The notes beneath the pieces were generated by a model, which did no database searches, was not told the DNA's origin, and saw nothing but the letters and a program-made list of their open reading frames with translations. DNA of 64,000 bases, from contig CAVYGB010000013.1 of the NCBI GenBank assembly GCA_963767925.1, positions 32,001-96,000 on the forward strand, written 5' to 3'. Positions 59,623-64,000 of this stretch are shown here, in pieces; position 1 is the first letter of the stretch, and every line of letters starts with the position of its first letter. A program made the position numbers and the translations under genes. The stretch is from an uncultured delta proteobacterium. GTDB taxonomy: Bacteria; Myxococcota_A; Polyangia; Fen-1088.

Positions 59623-61080
59623 TCACAGCACCTCGACCACCTCGCCGCCGTCGAGCTGGCAGCGGCCGTCGCGGGGGTTGCCGCCGGTGCGGATGACCTC
59701 GCGGGGCTCGGGCTCGAGGTGGGTGCCGGTCAGCTCCATCTGCAACATGCGCAACATGGCCTTCTGCAAGGTGGTGACGAAGTAGCAGGGGATGGTCGGC
59801 TCCTTGTGGGCGCCGCCCACGCCCGAGTCGTCGGTGAGGAAGAGGTAGCGGCCTCCGGTCACCATGGCCGCCAGGCGCATGGAGTACTCGAGCAGCTCGC
59901 TCGTGCCGCTGGCCGAGATGGGGTAGATGTGCACGCCCTTCGACTTGAGATCCCGGATGTGTTTGATCATGTCGGCGGCGTACGGGTTGTGGTGGGGCGC
60001 GTCCCCCACCCAGAAGGCCACCCGGGCCACCGCGCCGTCGCGCCATTGCAGGGTGTTCAGATCGGCCAGCCCCCTCTCGGGCGCCTCCTCGTAGTCGCCG
60101 CCGCCGCCCGCGCCCAGCCGGGCGAACTCGCCCTTGAAGCTCTGCAGGTCGGTCGCGAACTCGAACTTGCGGGTGACGTATTCGTCCTGGTAATCGCGGT
60201 AGGCGACGAAGGCCCAGCGCTGCGACAGGCCGGGGAAGCGGTCGGTCAGGGCGGCCGAGATGTTGAGCAGCTCCGCCTGCAGGTAGCTGATCTCGTCACC
60301 CATGCTGCCGGTCGTGTCGATCAGGATGGCCACGTCCAGGCTCTGGACGGCGCGCGGGCCGGCCCCCATCGGCAGGGTCAACATGGCGTCGCCGGCCTTC
60401 GCCACCCCGGCCCGGGTCAGGCCGTCGATCTGGGCCACCACGTCGAGGCTGTCGCCGCCGTCGACCCCGCCCCAGTTGGGGAAGAACAGCGCCCGCCCGT
60501 CGGCGCCCGTCTGGGTGAAGGCCATCTCCCGCTGCCCGCTCAGCACCGAGACGCGCACGCCCGCCAGGGGCTTGCCCGCGCTGTCGGTCACCAGCACGAC
60601 GAGGCGGTCGGAGACGGGGGCCTGGGGCAGCCCGGGGAGCTGGGCCATGCGCGCGGTGTAGCGCTTGAAGAAGTCGTAGTTGAGGTTGTCGTCCCAGGTC
60701 CCGGCGGTGAGCAACCCGCTCTGGGGCGGCGGCTGCGGCATGCCGACCAGCGGCGGGGGCAGAGGCGGGGGGGGAGAGACCACCGGCGGCGCCGTCGGCG
60801 CAGGAGCCCCGGGCGGAGCGCTGCCCGAGGACCCTCCGGATCCCGGGACGGGCGCCGGCGCGGGCGGAGGGGAGACCGCAGGTGGAGGCGGCGCCGGGCT
60901 GGGAGCGGGCGAGCCGCCGGAGCTTCCGACCGGACCCGACGGTCCGGGAGAGGGCGTCCCGGCCGAGGGGCGGGGGTCCGCCGTGCGCGCCCCGTCGAGC
61001 GAGGCGTCGGCGCTGCACGCGGCGCCGGCCAGAGCGAACAACGCCATGAGGTGAAAGAGGTGGCTGGTCGGTTTTCGCAT
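59623..61080 (-). CDS. VWA-domain lipoprotein with Pro-rich linker
   Basis: Lipobox AGAA-C; MIDAS DTTGSMG; AYRDY, GGGDYEEA, GDAPHH, TGGRYLFLTDDSG. Confidence 0.88.
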   Translation of the reverse strand: MRKPTSHLFHLMALFALAGAACSADASLDGARTADPRPSAGTPSPGPSGPVGSSGGSPAPSPAPPPPAVSPPPAPAPVPGSGGSSGSAPPGAPAPTAPPVVSPPPPLPPPLVGMPQPPPQSGLLTAGTWDDNLNYDFFKRYTARMAQLPGLPQAPVSDRLVVLVTDSAGKPLAGVRVSVLSGQREMAFTQTGADGRALFFPNWGGVDGGDSLDVVAQIDGLTRAGVAKAGDAMLTLPMGAGPRAVQSLDVAILIDTTGSMGDEISYLQAELLNISAALTDRFPGLSQRWAFVAYRDYQDEYVTRKFEFATDLQSFKGEFARLGAGGGGDYEEAPERGLADLNTLQWRDGAVARVAFWVGDAPHHNPYAADMIKHIRDLKSKGVHIYPISASGTSELLEYSMRLAAMVTGGRYLFLTDDSGVGGAHKEPTIPCYFVTTLQKAMLRMLQMELTGTHLEPEPREVIRTGGNPRDGRCQLDGGEVVEVL

Positions 61081-61092
61081 GGAGCCACGTTC

Positions 61093-61108
61093 TGCAAGGA
61101 CGGGGCCG
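61093..61108 (-). promoter_or_regulatory. Possible sigma-54 promoter of the VWA gene
   Basis: CGGCCCC-GTCC-TTGCA with correct GG-N10-GC spacing just upstream of the ATG. Confidence 0.3.
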
Positions 61109-61195
61109 CCCTACCCGGCCCGCCGTTGTGGGCCCGCCCGCCACCCGAGGCGTCCGGATCGCGACAGCGATGTCAGGAAAAAGGGGCGCGCGCGC

Positions 61196-62413
61196 TCAGC
61201 CGGCGCGCGGCTGCCCGAGGACGCGGGCGTAATGGGCCTCGTAGCGGTCGATGGCCGGCTGCAGCCCGTACTGCTGCACGGCGCGGTCCCGGGCCGCCCG
61301 CGACAGGCGCGCGCGCAGGCCGGGATCGCCGAGGATGCGCAGCACCCGATCGGCCATGGTCGCCACGTCCCCCACCGGGGCGAGGAAGCCGACCTCCCCC
61401 TCGGGCACCACCTCGGGGATGCCGCCCACGTCGGAGGCCACCACCGGCACCCCGCAGCTCAGCGCCTCCAGCGCGGCCAGCCCGAAGCTCTCGCTCTCGC
61501 TCGGCATGAGGAAGACGTCGCTCGCCTGCAGCAGCTCGACGAAGGAGACCATCTTGCCCACGAACACGACCCGGTTGCTCAGGCCGAGCTGGCGGGCCAG
61601 GGCCTCGACCCGGGACCGCTCGGGCCCGTCGCCGATCAGCAGCAGCACCGCCGGGCGCACCCGCTGGACCTCGGCGAAGATGCGGACCACGTCGTCCACC
61701 CGCTTGAGCGGGCGGAAGTTCGAGACGTGCACCAGCACGGCGGGCCCCTCGCTCGCGGCGCCGGAGGCGCCGGGCAGCCCCAGCTCGGCCAGGGTGCGCC
61801 GGGGTCCGGGCGCGTACCGCTCGGTGTCGACGAAGTTGGGGATCACCTCGATGGGCAGGCTCGAGGGGACGTCGAGGCGGTCGTAGGTGGCCTGCCGCAG
61901 GTAGGCCGAGGGGGTGGTCACCCCGTCGCTCTCGAGGATGGAGAAGCGGGTGATGGGCAGAAAGCTCGGGTCGCTGCCGACCAGGGTGATGTCGGTCCCG
62001 TGCAAGGTGGTCACGATGCGCGGGGCCTGCGCCCCCAGCACCTGCCGGGCCAGGTAGGCGCTGGTGGCGTGGGGCACGGCGTAGTGCACGTGCAGCAGAT
62101 CGAGCCCCTCGTAGCGGCTCACCTCGACGATCTTCGAGGCCAGCGCCAGGGTGTAGGCCCCGTCGTCGAGCAGGGGATAAGACCGGGTGGCGACCTCGTG
62201 GAAGACGACGTTCTCGACGAAGTGGTCGAGGCGGCTGGGCATGTCGTAGCTGAGCACGTGGATGCGGTGGCCCCGGCGGGCGAGGGCCAGGCCGATCTCG
62301 GTGGCGACGACGCCGCTGCCCCCGAAGGTCGGGTAACAGACGATCCCCACCTTGAGGCTGTGGCGCGACGGCGCGGAGCGGGCCGGAGGGGCGCCGGGAA
62401 CGGGTGGGGTCAT
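61196..62413 (-). CDS. bshA: N-acetyl-alpha-D-glucosaminyl L-malate synthase
   Basis: GIVCYPTFGGSGVVATE, HVHYAVPHA, TTLHGTDITLVG, SNFRPLKR, ESFGLAALEA. Confidence 0.95.
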   Translation of the reverse strand: MTPPVPGAPPARSAPSRHSLKVGIVCYPTFGGSGVVATEIGLALARRGHRIHVLSYDMPSRLDHFVENVVFHEVATRSYPLLDDGAYTLALASKIVEVSRYEGLDLLHVHYAVPHATSAYLARQVLGAQAPRIVTTLHGTDITLVGSDPSFLPITRFSILESDGVTTPSAYLRQATYDRLDVPSSLPIEVIPNFVDTERYAPGPRRTLAELGLPGASGAASEGPAVLVHVSNFRPLKRVDDVVRIFAEVQRVRPAVLLLIGDGPERSRVEALARQLGLSNRVVFVGKMVSFVELLQASDVFLMPSESESFGLAALEALSCGVPVVASDVGGIPEVVPEGEVGFLAPVGDVATMADRVLRILGDPGLRARLSRAARDRAVQQYGLQPAIDRYEAHYARVLGQPRAG

Positions 62414-62417
62414 GGCC

Positions 62418-63233
62418 TCACCGGGGCGGTCCGAAGAACTGGGCGCCCGGGAAGGCGTTGGCCCGGAAGTGGGCGACCGGATCGATCAGCCCCAGCACCC
62501 CCCGGGTGAGGTAAGGCTCGCCGGCGCGCGCCCCGATCATCGCCCCGTAGTAACGGTCGCGCGCCTCGAAGGCGTCGAGGGTCTGGCCCGACCCGATCAA
62601 CGTGGCCGGCGTCGGGCCGCTCGGCCGGGCGAGCTGGCTGGCGTAGGCCGCGATGGCCCGCGCTTTTTCCCCGGCCACCGCGGTGATGTCGACGACGAAG
62701 CTCGGCGGCAGCTCGTAGCGCATGGGATAGCGCAGGACCTCCCGCGGCGTGAAGGGCGGCAGCAGCGGCTCGGTGGCGAACCTGGCCACCCCCGAGAAGA
62801 AGAGGGCCTTGGTCAGCAGGGCCGAGGTGGCCTCGTGGTCCGGGTGCCGCTCGTGGGTCCAGGGGATCACCACCACCTCGGGGCGCAGCCGGCGCAGCAC
62901 CGCCACCACCTGCGCGAGCTGCGAATAGGGCCGGGCGGCCGCCTCGCCGTCGTAGCCCGACCAGGGGTGGATCCAGCCGTCGGGGAAGCCGAGGTTCTCG
63001 CGCACCGCCAGCCCGAGGATCCCGCCCGCCTTCTCGGCCTCGCTGGCGCGCAGCTCGACGTTCCCCGCGGTCGACAGCTCGCTGCGCGACAGATCGACGA
63101 TGCCGGTGCGGTAGCCGCGCGCCGCCGACAGGGCCAGCAGGCCGCCGCAGCAGAGCTCGACGTCGTCGGGGTGGGCGCCGAAGGCGCACAGGTCGAGCCC
63201 CGGCCCGGCCACCGCCGCCGCGCTCACGGACAC
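62418..63233 (-). CDS. bshB1: Bacillithiol biosynthesis deacetylase
   Basis: FGAHPDDVELCCGG, RHPDH, VVDIT, AYASQ; lies between bshC and bshA. Confidence 0.9.
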   Translation of the reverse strand: MSVSAAAVAGPGLDLCAFGAHPDDVELCCGGLLALSAARGYRTGIVDLSRSELSTAGNVELRASEAEKAGGILGLAVRENLGFPDGWIHPWSGYDGEAAARPYSQLAQVVAVLRRLRPEVVVIPWTHERHPDHEATSALLTKALFFSGVARFATEPLLPPFTPREVLRYPMRYELPPSFVVDITAVAGEKARAIAAYASQLARPSGPTPATLIGSGQTLDAFEARDRYYGAMIGARAGEPYLTRGVLGLIDPVAHFRANAFPGAQFFGPPR

Positions 63234-64000
63234 AGCTCACCGACGTCGGTGGCGAAGGGGACCAGGCCGGCCGACACCGCCCGGGCGAAGGGGGCCCGCC
63301 CGGCCCGGGCCGCCAGGGTGGGCCAGCCGTAATAACGCTCCTGGGGCGTGCGCTCGGGATAGAGCAGGGCGGACAGCCGCTCGATCCGCCGCAGGTTGGT
63401 CCCGTCGCGCCGGGTGATGGCCCGGGCGTATTTGTCGCACAGGCGCTCGACCGCGGTCCGCACGTAGGCCCGGGTCCGCTCCGCCGGGCGGCCGAGGGTG
63501 GGGTCGACCGCGCCGACCGCCGACTCCAGCCGGGCCAGCACCGGCTCGAGCGCGGCGGCGGCCTCGGCGGCCAGCGCCGAGGGGGCGGGCAGATCCCCGG
63601 CCAGCGACTCGGCCAGCTTTCGCAGCAGGGCGGGCAGGGGTTGCTCGAGATCCCGGGCCTGCAGGCTCAGCTTGCCCAGGAGCTGGCGGGCCTTGTCGTC
63701 GAGACAGCGGAAGCGCGCGCGCAGCGCCACCAGCGGCTGCGGGACGCCGAAGCGCTCGTACACCGGCGGGAGCTGGGCGAAGTAGCCCAGCTCGGCCGGG
63801 CCCCCGACGTAGGCCGCGGTCGGGAACAGCGTGTCCTGGACCAGCGGGCGCAGCAGGGCCGAGGTGCTGAAGCGCAGGGGATCGTCGGCGAGGCTGGCGC
63901 GCAGCTCGGCCTCGCCGACCTTCCGCCCGGTCCCGGCCAGGGTCCAGCTCCCGGGAGCGGCGCCGGTCTCCAGGCGGTAGCGGGGTCCGGTGGCGGCGCC
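63224..64000 (-). CDS. bshC: Bacillithiol biosynthesis cysteine-adding enzyme, 5' part outside the window
   Basis: Frame is open to the window edge: RFSTSALLRPLVQDTLFPTAAYVGGPAELGYFAQ, C-terminal PQER. Confidence 0.9.
   Translation of the reverse strand, partial: GAATGPRYRLETGAAPGSWTLAGTGRKVGEAELRASLADDPLRFSTSALLRPLVQDTLFPTAAYVGGPAELGYFAQLPPVYERFGVPQPLVALRARFRCLDDKARQLLGKLSLQARDLEQPLPALLRKLAESLAGDLPAPSALAAEAAAALEPVLARLESAVGAVDPTLGRPAERTRAYVRTAVERLCDKYARAITRRDGTNLRRIERLSALLYPERTPQERYYGWPTLAARAGRAPFARAVSAGLVPFATDVGELCP

Overview
Very GC-rich chromosomal window whose gene content points to a myxobacterium (Myxococcota): Che7-like chemosensory operon, bacillithiol genes, and many PEGA, Cys-rich and low-complexity lipoproteins. 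Left to right it holds: an FGE-family protein; uvrC; a complete Wsp-type chemosensory cluster (wspABCDEF with a divergent wspR); two thioredoxin-fold genes; argC-argB; a SpoIVB/S55 peptidase; mpg; a lipase; an OmpA protein; a Che7-like operon (cheY-cheA-cheW-soluble MCP-HEAT-cheR-cheB) with a divergent hybrid kinase; a DUF2760-Hsp70-Hsp70/DUF3731 operon; a long run of exported proteins; a kinase/STAS-like pair; and bshC-bshB1-bshA. I recognised no rRNA, tRNA, CRISPR array or transposase. Six single-base indels break otherwise intact genes and are most likely sequencing errors. The best leads are: (1) DUF2760 looks like a GrpE-type factor for two atypical Hsp70s; (2) a Ppx/GppA-family enzyme carries a lipoprotein signal; (3) an exported DUF1080-DUF1080-TIM-barrel fusion; (4) a signal-less astacin-like protease is translationally coupled to an uncharacterised protein; (5) several structured intergenic repeat elements. 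All family assignments come from motif recognition by eye; no searches were run.
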